DNA of 63,866 bases, filler included, from Guillardia theta CCMP2712 (Eukaryota; Protista; Cryptophyta): the NCBI RefSeq assembly GCF_000315625.1. It is 4 parts of 4 records of this genome, joined end to end, with 100 filler letters (N's around TTAATTAATTAA, not from the genome) between each part and the next. Parts side by side here need not be neighbours in the genome. Positions count along the whole stretch, not along the records: positions 1 to 29,921 come from NW_005434473.1; 3 more parts are not named here. One strand, given 5' to 3'. This document shows positions 1-12,680 of the stretch, in pieces. The translations under genes and the position numbers were made by a program. Under the pieces are notes generated by a model. The model did not search any database. It saw only the letters and a program-made list of their open reading frames with translations, and had not been told where the DNA came from. Numbering within the stretch: position 1 is the first letter of the stretch; every line of letters begins with the position of its first letter.

Positions 1-12
1 AGGAGAGCGAAC

Positions 13-666
13 CTGACGAGGTCAAGAGGGTACGTCATGATCACTGCCGTCACTCCAGCTAGCGATCCAGCTATCAAGTTCGTCAAGTTGCTGTGGACTA
101 TGACTTTCTTGAGGGCCAGCTTGTACTCCTCGTAGGACAAAAATCTGCAGTGGAAGAGCCTGTCAATGTGCAGGAGTAGAGAAGAGGAGGAAAAGTAGAG
201 GAGAGGAAGGGAAAATGTTTGTTCTAAATTTCCAACTCCTTCACCCCCATCTTTGGTCATCATCATCATCACCATCTCCTCCTCCTCCTCCTCCACCTCC
301 TCCTCCTCCATCTTCATCTCCATCATCGCTTCATCGTTACACCCAACACTTACGTGATCGACATGTACGGGACCACTCTGATCACAGCAGCTGAATTCCC
401 CCTGGAAGCGCATCAAACGACTGGAACAGGACAACGACGTTTCTGTAGCATCAAGGAAGAGCAATAGTTCCAGCAATACCTCCAGAACGCAAGAACCCCT
501 TCGTTCCTGTATATCTGAAAGCAGGGGAGAAGCGTCAAGAGCATCGCACCAACTTTTTCTTTGCAATCTCATCGGAGGAAGAATTCAGCATCATCTCTCT
601 ACATCGCATCCTCCCAACGCGCTGCCCCCCTCCCCCCAGACCTCGACTCTCTTCTTCTGCTCAGAT

Positions 667-705
<39 letters not shown>

Positions 706-1360
706 GCTATCCTGTCCATCCTCCTGTCCATCCTCTCACCTGCGGAATGTAGTGCATGTATCCCGGACCGTGAGCTGCTGTACTTGCTTTGCTGTTTCGC
801 AGAGCATGTCAACCCAGGCGCTCTCTCCCCTATCCTCCGACATCTCACCTGATCTGAAACAGAATTTTGATCTGCCAATACAGATTTAAGTTAGAAGATC
901 ACGGGCAGAAAGTTCCTCATCTCCATCATCTCCATCATGATCAGCAGCAGCACCAGCACTTCAAGTATTCTGTCTGATCTCCCTCCTCCTCCTCCTCCTC
1001 CTCCTCCTCCTCCTCCTCCTCCTCCTCCTCCTCCTCCACCATCACACCATCAACACCAACAATCATGATCACCCGCTCTACTGGAGCAATGCATGTTCTT
1101 GACACGATTCCCGCAACACTTCCTGCTCAGAAGATCAGTTCACGATCTGATCCCTGTGCAATCGAGAAGCGCACGGACCCGCAATCAGATATTCTTGGAT
1201 GTTGTTCTCTCCATCCCTGATTCCCATCTTTGGCTCTCAGATCTGAATCCCCATGTGAGCAGGCAGCCCTGAAAGCCGAACAATGCAGAAATTGCCCATG
1301 CCCATCTCCACAACTCACCGGATGAAGATATCAAGGTGGCAGATTTGACATCAAGTGGCT
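13..1360 (-). CDS. Mitochondrial carrier family (SLC25) protein, CoA/adenine nucleotide carrier-like; multi-exon, 3' part continues beyond the window start, 5' end uncertain
   Basis: Manually spliced minus-strand exons read GSVAGIVSRTCIAPVER|IKILFQI...|IYRNEGVLAFWR|GNSAAVIRVVPYMSIT|FLSYEEYK...LIAGSLAGVTAVIMTYPLDLVR, with two Px[DE]xx[KR] carrier signatures and GT-AG junctions. Confidence 0.9.
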
Positions 1361-4300
1361 ACGAGTGATGGGCTATCCTGAGTTGTACGAGAAGGCTGTC
1401 AGTGATCACGATGCTCCAACAAGCTCGTCATTAATGCCGCTCTTTATGCGAGGCCTTCAGCTCTATCGCATGACTGATCTCCCCACCTGCGTCCCCCCTT
1501 GAAACATCTCCTCTTCCATGCACCTTGCACTCATCTTCGCCATCCACTTTTGCTCCTTCCTTGTTGCATATAGCATCGCAAATTATCATTCTCACTTGCT
1601 GTATCCTATCCAAGCTTGTGCCAACATGCCCGTCTACCCTGGATTCTCGACCTCGTGTCAAAGTCCGTACCAGTACTGTCATGTGCTGCACAGTTCTGTC
1701 TGTCTTAAGATGCCATACGTTGACTCACTTCTTCGCTGTGCTATCATGTTCCCTTCTCCTCCTCCTCCTTCAGGCACGATCGCCCCTTCCTGCCATTCCC
1801 CTCTACTCATTTTCGCGGCCGTACGATTTATCATTTTCTTTCGCCATCAGGGAGGGGTGGGTCAGTTTTGTAAGGGGTGGTGGAGTAAACTGCCATTTAC
1901 TTCACCGGTACAAATGAAGTTTATTGTACGGGTACTATGCTAAACTTTCCGGGTCTGAGTGGGTAGGGTACAAGAAAGGGTAGGGTTATCAAAAAGGCTC
2001 AGGAACGAGCTTGCTGCCCGATCACGTTGGGGTAGGGGTATAGATGATACAGGGTAGGGGTGATCGAAATGGGGGGTAGGGGGTCAAGGAAACACGGTAG
2101 GGGTAAATCAATAAGGGGGTTAGGGTAGTGATAGATAGGGGTCAATCCATTCAAAATGACAGGTGAACATGGGTCATCTGAATTTATGTGTGGTGGGGTA
2201 CTTGACTTTGACACCGGTACTGGTATTTCACCATGGGTGGTCTTAAAATGAATGCATGGCAAGTTGGGAGTGAAAGGGTGGGTGATCCATGTTAAAGTCG
2301 CAGAGCAATTAGGGGGTACTTTTGAGGTAGACGAAGGGGTAGTGGGGTACCTGAAGAAATTCTCGGGGTTCTTGTGGGGTAGTAGGGATCAGGGTGGGGT
2401 ATAAGAAGGGGTAAACTCTCGATTTGGAAGGGGTAGTAGTGAGAGTACAAAAGGAACATCATTAGGGGGTGGGGTATGGCATTGGAATGTGCAAAGTAGG
2501 GGTACTGATTGTTATGTTGGTCGACCATTGAGGGTGGGGTGGTGCCCGTTAACTGGATGATCATGAGTAAAACTATAACACATATTAGAGACTTTTGTAT
2601 TGGATCTTGGTCTTAAAATAGATTTTGGGATCGCCCACCACACCGGCACGGTGCGCGGGCCGCCGGGCCGAGGCCCGGGCGGCTGCCGGTCCGTCGGAGG
2701 CACTGGTCAGTGGGCCCGCCCCGTCGGGGGGCGCGGCGGTCACCAGGGGTGCCGGAACCTCCGGAGACGCCAGTGCCGGCCCGGGCCGCGGGCGTCCCCC
2801 GACTCCCCAGTCACGGTATCCCACTTTACTACATGGCTGAGTTTTTACCAGCGGAATTTTCCGGTTGCCTGGTAAAAACACCGGTAGGAAACCCTCAAAT
2901 GAACCCCTACCTGTGAGACTCAAATCGGAGGGAATAGAGGCTCCGAGGTAAAAAAAAAACACCAAGAGGAGTTAGACATATCTGACGTTATTTTTAGCAA
3001 CATCAGGAGGTAGGGTGGTGTCATCATGTCAGTTCCCACAGAATCGCATCGATTCATGACATGACCCCGTTGATTTGTTTGAAAAATAAGCTGTTCGTAT
3101 CCGTTTTTCTACCCTGGTTTTCATTCTAAAAGGACCCGGTGGTATCTACTGGTCAGCGAAAAAAAATCCCGAAGCAGGCACAGGGCTCTTGTATATCTAT
3201 TCTCTGCCTGGGGGTGGTATTTGTCAGTCGGAAGCTCTTGTACGTCTCAAGCGACGCAGGAAGCATGGAATGTCAAGAGAAGAGGATATGGAATATTACC
3301 TTTGTTCTACTTAGAGAATATTGAACCTCAGAGAAGTCAAAATCGGACTCCCAACTGATCTCGAAAAAGGGTCAAGGAGGCAGGGTATTGATGACCGGTA
3401 CTGTTTCGGATCCTCATAGGCTCTTCATGGCGAGGTCGTGACCATGCCCTTGTCTGGTAAAGACCTTCCGCCCTCTTGTACCCCCTACCCCCTTTATTGT
3501 TCTCAGGACCCCGTAGATGAGTAAAGTATCTGATTCCGACACTATTACCCCTACTTTTCTATCATCAGTACCCCCCAAATTGGTTCAAATATTGTCATAT
3601 CGTCAAATGACCCGGCACCACCCTACGTGGCCGTGCAACTTTCGGTACCCTACCCACCCGGTCAAGTTTAGAGTCTTTTACTACGAAAATATCATTCAGG
3701 TAACACACACCCTTGATATGACCTCCCACCTACCCAAGCAATCAACCACGTAGTGATTTCCCCTTTTGTACCCACCCATATCACACAAACCAACATGCAC
3801 ATTCACGTAGTACCGGTGTATGTCTCCAAGTACCCCCATCTCCTACCTTCCACCTTTTTTCACTAAATCCATTCAGATCGCTATATCTTTCAGGGACCCC
3901 TCGTCGGGCTGACCCACCCTTTTCTCTCCACTACCCCTCAAGTGTGCATAAGAAGCCGCAGCCCAAAACTTTCTCGGCAAAAGCTCTTATACAGATAGTC
4001 TCCCTTGAGATATTTCTGTACCCCCACCCCCTCATTGACTCCAACCTCTCCTCAGACCCATCAACCGAAGCAGTCTACAAATGGATTTAAAAGGGCTCTA
4101 TATCATTTTATTGTATATCACTTTTTATTCGTAAAACTTTTTGTGGGAGTCACCAAAAGGGTACCCCCCGAGGGGTTTAAGCGACCATCCACCCCTACCC
4201 CCGAGTGTACCCCTCGGCTTCTCCCCGAGCCTTGGTGGATATCCTTTCATCACTACCCCTTCTATTTGTATCAGAAATTTGGAGCACCCCCACATAGTAC

Positions 4301-5506
4301 CCCTTCTCCACCTTCGGAGTTTTACCTAGGTACCCTGGGTGGGTACCCCCACCCCTCCCTCCTAACATTCGGAACCAGACAAGATGAAAAGTACCCCCAC
4401 CTACGGGGTAACACGGTAGAAACACTTCCCACCACCCTCAAGTCCAATTTCAAAAATGTACCCCTACCCCCTATGCTGACTTGAAGTACCCACCTTATTT
4501 AGAGCACAAAATACCATGAACTTGTCCACCACCCCTCCATAATCAGAGACTGAACCCCCCACCCACCCCTTCGTGTTTAAGACTCCCTGTCCAATCCAAC
4601 CCCCTTTGTATCAACACCAATCACCCCTACCCCCTTCTTCACTCTGAAGTTGATATGATCAGGTCCTCACCCACAGCGATGACTTTGGACTGTACCCCCC
4701 ACCCCCTTTTTTGCTCCAGGCAACTTCCACATCCCTATAGTACCCCTCCCACAAAATGAAAATGTACCCGTTCTTTCCCGGAACACACCAGCAAGAAATC
4801 ACGAGTACCGGTCATAAAAAACCCCTACCCCCTATTACTCAACAATCCACCCCCTAAACCGACCCTGCAAACCCTGACCACCATCGGGCAGACATACTAC
4901 CCCACCCCCTTCCACCTCGCACTCGTTTCCACCTTCTTCCCTCCACCTGCTACCCTCACACCTTCACTCCCATTACCCCACCCTCCTCCTCCTCCTCCTA
5001 CCTCCCTCCCTCCTCCCTCCCCCTCTCCCTCCCCGTCCTCTTGCTCCACCCCCCTCCTTCCTTGCGCCTCCCCTCCGGATCCTTGCGAGCTTCTCTTCTC
5101 CCGACTTCTTCGATCTGTATCTGACCCCTTTGCCCCTCCTTCCTCCTTCCGACTTCATCCGCTCGCCGTCCCCTTTGCTTTCGCAACTTCCCGGAACATA
5201 TCTCCTTTCCTCTCCATCCCGCCTCCTTCCTGACGAGTGACCTCTCCCTCCGCTTCGTACCTTCACTGTTTCCGAGAGCAAGCTGTGAATCAACTGCATT
5301 CTCACTGATCCAAAATCTTCTCAGCATCTACTGCCCCACCCACCGACTCTGCTTCCTGTTCCGAGCAACCTGCCAATACGTGTCATTCGTGTACATCCCG
5401 TCAGGGTGGAGGGGAGCAAAGCGCAGGCGACGGTGCTAGCCTTGCGATTTCTGCCTACTCCGCCACAGGGCGTGCAGACCCTGGCGAAACACAAACTGCA
5501 CAAGCC

Positions 5507-6319
5507 ATGCTCGCGCCGAGAGTCGCTCGAGTGTTTCCTCGCAGGAGGAGGAACGAGAGAGAGATAGACTCGAACAGGAGGGAGGAGATCGTGCTCACAG
5601 CGGCCGACATCACCAACATGTTCTACATGCGGCAGGCGGAAGCTGCCGAGAGCCTGGTAAGTCTCATGATAGCTGTTGCCACGCGTGTTGGTGTGAGGAC
5701 GATGAACTCGAATACTCTGCCTGCCTCCTGCTTTCCACGTGCGTGTAAAGGTCCTGCACTTACGATGCTGTTGTTGATTGTTGTTCCACCAAACCCTTGA
5801 ACAGACAGCTACTCTCCTCCCCTTCCTCCCCCTTCCGATCCTCCCCCGCCCTCCCTGCTGCCATCGCTGCTCTCCCTCTCTTACACGTGCTTTCAGGGGA
5901 TCTCGCTGACGGCGCTGAAGAACGCGTGCAAGCAAGTGGGGATCGAGCACTGGCCGTACGCGAGGTCGACAGCAAGCAGAATACAAAAGAGCAACCTGAT
6001 GATGTCAAACAATCAGCATGGAGGCGTCGACGCGCCCAACATGCCGGCGGAGCGAAGTCACTACGCTGATGTTATCAACGGGTCGGCCAGCGTCGCCACA
6101 AGAGCGCTGAGCAGCTTTCCTGACGCTGCTGCTATCAGCAACGTAACGCAGCATTGCTGGTCAGCTGGCTCTGTCAGCATAGGAGAAGTCCCGAGGAAGA
6201 GGAAGGCAAGTGCGGAGGATTGGGAGACGACGTGGTTCTATCCCTCAGGCCGCCAGGTGTCGGAGAACGATCTTGCATGCTTGCTGTCTGAAAGTCTGGT
6301 ACATGTCATCGAAGGATGA
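5507..6319 (+). CDS. RWP-RK domain transcription factor (2 exons; intron 5657-5896)
   Basis: Splicing GTAAGT(5657)..TTTCAG(5896) gives LTAADITNMFYMRQAEAAESL|GISLTALKNACKQVGIEHWPYAR, a typical RWP-RK domain, in frame to TGA at 6317-6319. Confidence 0.88.
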
Positions 6320-6953
6320 GTAGAAGGGAGGAGGAGCCGGCAAGTGCTGGACCCATGATGGGAGGGGTGAATGAGGAGACGGCAGCATCTCTTTCTCCTT
6401 GCGGTGGTGAGGGTGGGACGTCAAGGTATCACAAGCAGGCAGCGACATGGCGACGGCGATGATGAGGATGAGGATGTTCTTTGTCATGAAAGCTTCTCCT
6501 TGCTGTCCTTGAATGTTTCAAAATGAAATTCTTCTTGACATTCCATCAGCACAGTTTTCCCGGTATTGAATTGTTGAATTGGTAAATTGTAATCAAAATT
6601 GCCTCGTGATGGCGTTGAAAGAAAAGTGTTAGAGGGTGCGATGGGACGAAAAGATGTAAGAAAGAAGTGTTGGTCACAGACGGCAAGAGGCAGGAAGGTG
6701 AAGGGAAACATCAACATGCAAGTGAAAAGATTCAGGCGGACAGAATAGGATAATCGGCAGAATGATAATGTCTCTGTCCATTCCTGCCATGTTGAGCAGA
6801 ACTCAATCAAGAAATGTCACGTGGTTTTCAGGGCAAACTGAAAGAGTAGTCTCTCTTCCAACAAGACATTCTTTCATTGTATCATAGCAAACAAAAGCAC
6901 ACACACCCTCCCACTTTCTCTCTCATTCCTCCTCCTCCTCCTCCTCCTGCTCT

Positions 6954-9003
6954 CTAGGCAAGCGCAAACCCTCTCGCCTTCTTGGTGAGGACGATGAGAG
7001 CAGCGAAGCGGAAGAAGAAGAAGATTCCCACGAGGATCAGCCCGTACGCCCACCAGAGGTCCGGCTTGATGTCATTGGACTCCAGCAGCTGGGCACATGC
7101 TGGGCGTTGGAAGTCCCTGCAGCCGTTCTGGAACTCGTTGAGCAGGAAGAGGTTGATGCCGAACTTGAGGGAGCACAGATACTGGGCCCAACGGATCCAT
7201 ACGGGGATCTGCTGGATCTTGATGAAGAAGCCCGCAAAGAGGATCTGAGGGACGAAGATGGCCGGCGCCGCCTGCATGGCTACCTGAACGTTGGACGCCC
7301 AGCAGCCGGCGAAGAGGGCGGTGGAGGAGGCGGCGACGCCGATTAGCCAGTGGGCGATCACGTGGAGGATGAAGGAGCCATGAAACGCCTCAATCCAGTA
7401 GGCGATGAGGAAGGTGATGATGGACGTGCTGAAGGTCAGGGGGATCTCGGTGCACAGCTTCGACCAGAAGTAGGGGACGGCGCTGTACGTTCCCGTCGCG
7501 TACTCGCGGACGAACCGGGGACGCTCGGAGGGGAACAGGAGGATCACTGGCTGGGAGGCCCCGAACATGCCGCTGATGGCAAGGTTGGCCAGAGCTCCGA
7601 AGTGCGACGCGATGTCAGTGCCGTTGCCGATCTTGTAGAAGATGAGGGAGAAGATGAGGGTCAGTATGACGGCAGAACCGTACCTCGCCCCAGCGTACCC
7701 TTGTCCCTCAGCACACTCTGTACCTCCCTCTTCCCGAGGACGATGAACTGGGTCAGCCATCCTGCCTGCTGCCGCTGGATCTTCTTGAGAGACGCTACGT
7801 CCTCCGTGTTGCTGGCCAGGCTGTGAACGTCCCTCTCCCCCTCGACTTCTCGTACTGCTCGCACACAGCCACCAGCTTCTCCTTCTCCTCCGTCTGCATG
7901 AGGAACATCACGTGGTCAGCCGGGTTGGTCTCTGGGGGAATGGGACGCTCGATGGACGCAAGGTACGACCCCATGTCATGCACGGAGCCGTCGTAGAACG
8001 TCCTGCCGTCGCAGAGCAGGAGGACGCGGTCGAAGAGATGAAAGACCTCTGATGAAGGCTGGTGGATGGTACAGAGGACAGTACATCCCAGCGCCGCAAG
8101 GTCCTTGAGAGCGTTGACGACGTTGTAGGCAGCGTATGAGTCGAGGCCGGACGTCGGCTCGTCGAGGAAGAGGATGGAGGGGAAGTGATGATCTCAACGC
8201 CGATGCTGGTGCGCCTGGAGGAGGAGCAAGTTCAGAAGAGAGGAGGAGAGGGGGAAGAAAGCACTAGGGGAGTAGCGGAGGGGAGGGGAGACAATAGAAA
8301 AGTGATGAGAGACGATATGAAGAGGAGGAGGAGGAGGAGGAGGAGGAGGAGGAGGAGGAGGAGGAGGAGGAGGAGGAGGAAGCACAGACCTCTTCTCTCC
8401 TCCCGAGATGCCCTTGATGAGCTCGTTTCCGATCACTGTGTCGGCGCACTTGTCAAGGTGGAGGATGCTGATAACGTCCTCGATCATCGTCTCTCGTTCT
8501 TCCTTGGTGACCTCCGGCGGCAGCCGCAGCCTCGCACTGAACTCCAGGGCCTCGCGCGGGGTGGCAGTAGGGCAGAGCGCGTCCTCCTGCGTCACGTAGG
8601 CCACGTTGGGGCCGATCTCCTCTGCGCTGATCTCATGCCCGTTGACGGTGAACTTGGAGGTGACAACGTGCCCGTTCATGGACATGATCCTGCCGCTGAG
8701 CACGTTCAGCAGCGACGTCTTGCCGCTCCCACTCGCGCCCATGATGGCGATCACCTCGCCGGGGTTCGCACTCCCCGACAGGTTCTTCAGCACCCGCGGG
8801 TCCTTCCCTGAGCCTCCAATCACCTTGGGGGAGAGGGTGAAGGAGACGTCGGACCAGGCGAAGTGAGCCTTCTGCCCTACCCTGATCGCGCTCTCCTTGA
8901 CCGATCGCCTCCCCATGCTCATCGTCGTCTCCCCTCCTGCCTCCAGCGCGCTCACGTTCTTCATCTCCTCGTTGCTCACCGTCTGGATTTCCCCTGAAGA
9001 CAT
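6954..9003 (-). CDS. ABCG (White-like) half transporter, NBD-TMD order; contains three apparent 1-bp homopolymer frameshifts
   Basis: Walker A GASGSGKT, Q-loop YVTQED, signature ISGGEKR, Walker B ILFLDEPTSGLDS, H-loop TIHQPSS, NPAD motif, and an ABC2 membrane region with ERPRFVREY and IPVWIRWAQY. Confidence 0.93.
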
Positions 9004-10749
9004 CTGCGCAGAGCGGGTTACTAGAAAAATTCGGGCATGAGCAGAACACTGAAGGGGGAGCAGGAGCAGGAGGAGCAGGAGGAGCAGGAGCAGGAGGAGC
9101 AGGAGGAGCTCAGCAGGAGAGGTAGTGTCCGTGGTATTGTAGTTAAGTTTCAACATGTTATCCTCCAGTCACGCTGCACCAAGTTTGCAACTAGTGTGCC
9201 CGAGTCTACTTTGCTCTGCAGCAATGATCCACGTGCAACGCACTCAACCCTCTCTCTCTTCTTCTCATCCCCTCCCTGCTCAACTCTTCCTATCGGACAT
9301 CTAGTCGCTCCATGTCCTCCTTCCTCCTGGCACCATCTTCCCAGGCTCGTCTCCTTCCTCCACCTTCTCCTCCTCCCTTCGTTGCTCGTTTCTTCCATCT
9401 ACTCCCTTCATGCTTCTGCCTTGTGTCAATGACCCCTACCCCCCATTAGTCTTTCAGTGACTATTCCACCCCCACCCAATACCACCCCAGTAGTCCTATC
9501 CTTGTATTGTCAAAGTATACCCTACTGTTTACTTGAAAAATCTGTTGAATACACCCGTACCTTTAGATGTAATGCTGCATCCACCCTTCCTTCAACATCT
9601 CATGACCCCCCATCACCCAGACATATACTACCCCACCTCCTTGCTCCTTCACTCTGCAATCAAGATCGCAAGTCCCTTATATAAGGCCTTGTAGGTGGTC
9701 CTAGCACATAGGCCCCTCCCATAAATGCTAGGACCACTCCTAGGAATCAGTAGGACCCCAGGCCGTAGACAGGACTCTTTGTACCGGTCCCAACTGGAAT
9801 TTGACTCAAGTATGATCAGGTCCTATGACCTACGGTCAAGATAACTAGGACCAGGTCGTATGGACACTGGACAGAATGTCCTTGGGCTCAGCGGCTACCG
9901 TCGAGTTGCAGTGCGGCAGGTCACCCGGCGAGTCTGTCACTTGGGCCAGTGGGCGACGGAAAATCATGTCTCCGAGACGGGCCCTCTTACTGACTGAGTA
10001 CTCACAGACAAGACGTCTCAGGTGATCCGACTTGCAAACGCATCCGGTCCAGGATCTTTCGTCAGCTCAAGGCCTCCCTGTCACCTTCGGTGCGATCATC
10101 GCAGGTAGGTGAAGGTATCAGTTACGTTTGGGGCCGGGACAGCAGTTGGCAGGATTGGGTTTGGTTCTCGCTGTCTTTTCTCTTCTCGCCGGTTGGCCTG
10201 TGCGACAGTGTCAGAGTCAAGCCTCCTCGACTCTCCTGATTGTCCTCGTACAGTACTGATTTTTAACTCACAGACTCAGTGGAAGAAGAGTTCTCACTGG
10301 CGCGGCACAGTCATGCCGCAGTGCCGGGCCGGGCTGGCAGCGTCCGCCGGGCAACAGTCGGCCTACACAGTTTGAAAGTGACTCACATTGACTGACATCT
10401 CATTTACGTTCATTCAATGCACAACTTTTTTTCTAATAGGCATGATTATGCGCCAGGTGGCTGCCAGGCTGCCGCAGTCACTGCGCGGCCCGGGCCCCCA
10501 GCCCCGCCGGGAGTCAGTCAAGTCAGTCCGCGGCGCGGCCCTGGCGGGCTGGCGGCGGGGCCAACCCGGCCCTCACAAGTTATGGGACAGGCTTCAACAT
10601 AGTAGTACGGTAGCCCCGCCGGCAGTATCATGATCGCTCTACCACCATACTCAGAACTTCTGAAACAGCCAGGTCGGCCCCTTTGCAATCATACTATGAT
10701 AGTATGAGCCAGTAACTCGTGAAACTGTTGCCGAACTTCGGAAGCTTCA

Positions 10750-12680
10750 ACTGAGGCCGCAGTAGGTGAGCGGTCTAATCTGCTTTCTTGCTCTTCTTGG
10801 GCTTCGTCTGCGAGGCGCCAGCGCCTGACGACTTCTTGCCCGACCCTTGTGATCGTGACTTGCCCTGAACCGCCTTGTCGCTGCTGCCTCCACGGACCTG
10901 TTCAAATCAGGCAGTCAGAAGTGAACTCAGTCGAAGAAGGCGAGAGGAGAAAGTTGGTCGTGGGTATCACCAGCGAGATCAGTTGACTGGTGGCGGTTCC
11001 AGCCAAGAGGGCAGCGAGCTAGCAAGGTGTCAAAGGGAGACAACAAAGAAATCCTCCTCCTCCTCCTCCTCCTCCTCCTCCTCCTCCTCCTTGCTCCTAC
11101 CTGCCCTCCGAAGGTTCCCAGCACTACGAGGTGGAGGATGCTCCAGTCCCCTGTTGGAGCAGGAGGAGTCATGGAGAACGAAACGAGCATCCAGTTCAAG
11201 GGCAGCACTCAACCTGTAAGGATGGAACGGAGGAAGGCTGGGTTGGGATTACACCTGGTGCTCGTTAGCTGGACCACAGGAGCAGCGTTGGTGTCCTTAC
11301 ACAACTCCAGTCATGGCAGACGGCAGGAGGCGGATGGAAGCCTGAATGAAAGCAGCCCAGAACGGCACAGTGAAGCCCTACAGCCGACTAGTCAGCCCGG
11401 AGAGAGCTGGACAGGTGAGAACTAGTACCATGATGGGGTTGAAGACCCTCATGAGGTAGCTGAGAAGGAAGAAGTGGCGGGCCTGGTCAGCGAGGTGAGA
11501 AGACGCCGGGCACACTGTCCCGTTATCACCTCGTCGTAGACAAGGTGGACAGGATCGATGCAGCAGCCCTTCGACTTGCCGGTATCGCACGTCCCTGAAC
11601 CCGTTCCGTCAGTTCAGCGCACAACAGGGTCCACGCTCCACCCTGGATGGCGTCGTAGAAGCCGCACAGTGACATCTTGCAGGAGTTGGCCGTGTCACCA
11701 TACCCGCAGACCTGTCATCAAGCTCTCAGTGCTCTCAGGGTCGTAGTTGCCGTTCTTGTCACCTTGGGGGCACCAAGGGCGGGAATGATGTTCTTTTCCA
11801 CCCAATCCTTGCCCTGTACTTCCTTCAAGGCGTATGCGAGCAGCGGCGCTCCCTGTCAAGATCAGCCTGAGCGATGGGGAGCTTCACAGAAAAAAGCAAC
11901 TCCCGCACCATCAACATGACGATCAGCTTCGTCCATCGCTTTGAACCCATCCCTATGGATCAGGGTCAGAGGCATTACTTGGATTTGGGGAGATGAGGAA
12001 AACCTGTGTTCAAGGCAAGGCCGACGGGATTGAATGCATCTCCTCCCCAGAGCCCAACGTTGACAAACTGAGAGAGGAAAAGCAAGCTTCAATGGTCTTC
12101 TCTTCAATCCAGTCTCATCGTACCTGCACAACAAACCCGTACGCTATACCAAGACGCGCCATGTTCCAGTCGAGTCCGAACCCTTGCTGCTTTGCCAAAT
12201 CCACCGCCCAGGGCCTACAGGAGATTTTCAGGCTACTCCGCATCCTGCCAGGACGGTACACAGACGGTCCACGATACCAACCTTGAAAGGACCATGAGCA
12301 GGTGGAATGTACAAGGAACAATCCAGAACAGGTCCCAGATGGAGAAGGGTCCCCTAGGAACTCTGATACCATGCACGTCAGTCGATGCATGCAGGAGAAC
12401 AATGAGACGCCAGAGTCGAGGACAATGCAGGATGAATGAATGCACGAGCGCCCCTCCGTGCCAGAGTTGCGATCACGAGGAATGCATGAGCGGGATGGGG
12501 GCTGAATGAAGCAGGGAGGGATTGAGGAGGGGGCGTTCGAAGTTGCACTAGTTTCTTGGTGGGTATAGTCAACAAGAAGCATGAAAGCGAGAAAGGAAGG
12601 TTTGCTAATGTCACCAACAGTGAGGTAAATAAGTTCGAAAGCACAAGGGCTGTGCACGAAGTAGGAAGGGTTCAAGCTTC
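10750..12680 (-). pseudogene. Coding-like but frame-broken sequence of unknown family (pseudogene, degenerate mobile-element gene, or indel-error gene)
   Basis: Short protein-like stretches in shifting minus-strand frames (GAPLLAYALKEVQGKDWVEKNIIPALG, DKNGNYDPESTESLM, DTANSCKMSLCGFYDAIQG, ADQARHFFLLSYLMRVFNP). There is no continuous ORF. Confidence 0.3.

Noticed and set aside
4005-4484. 159-aa ORF in the C-rich tract
   Set aside because: Non-ATG start, Pro/Thr/Tyr bias explained by TACCC-rich composition, and no domain.
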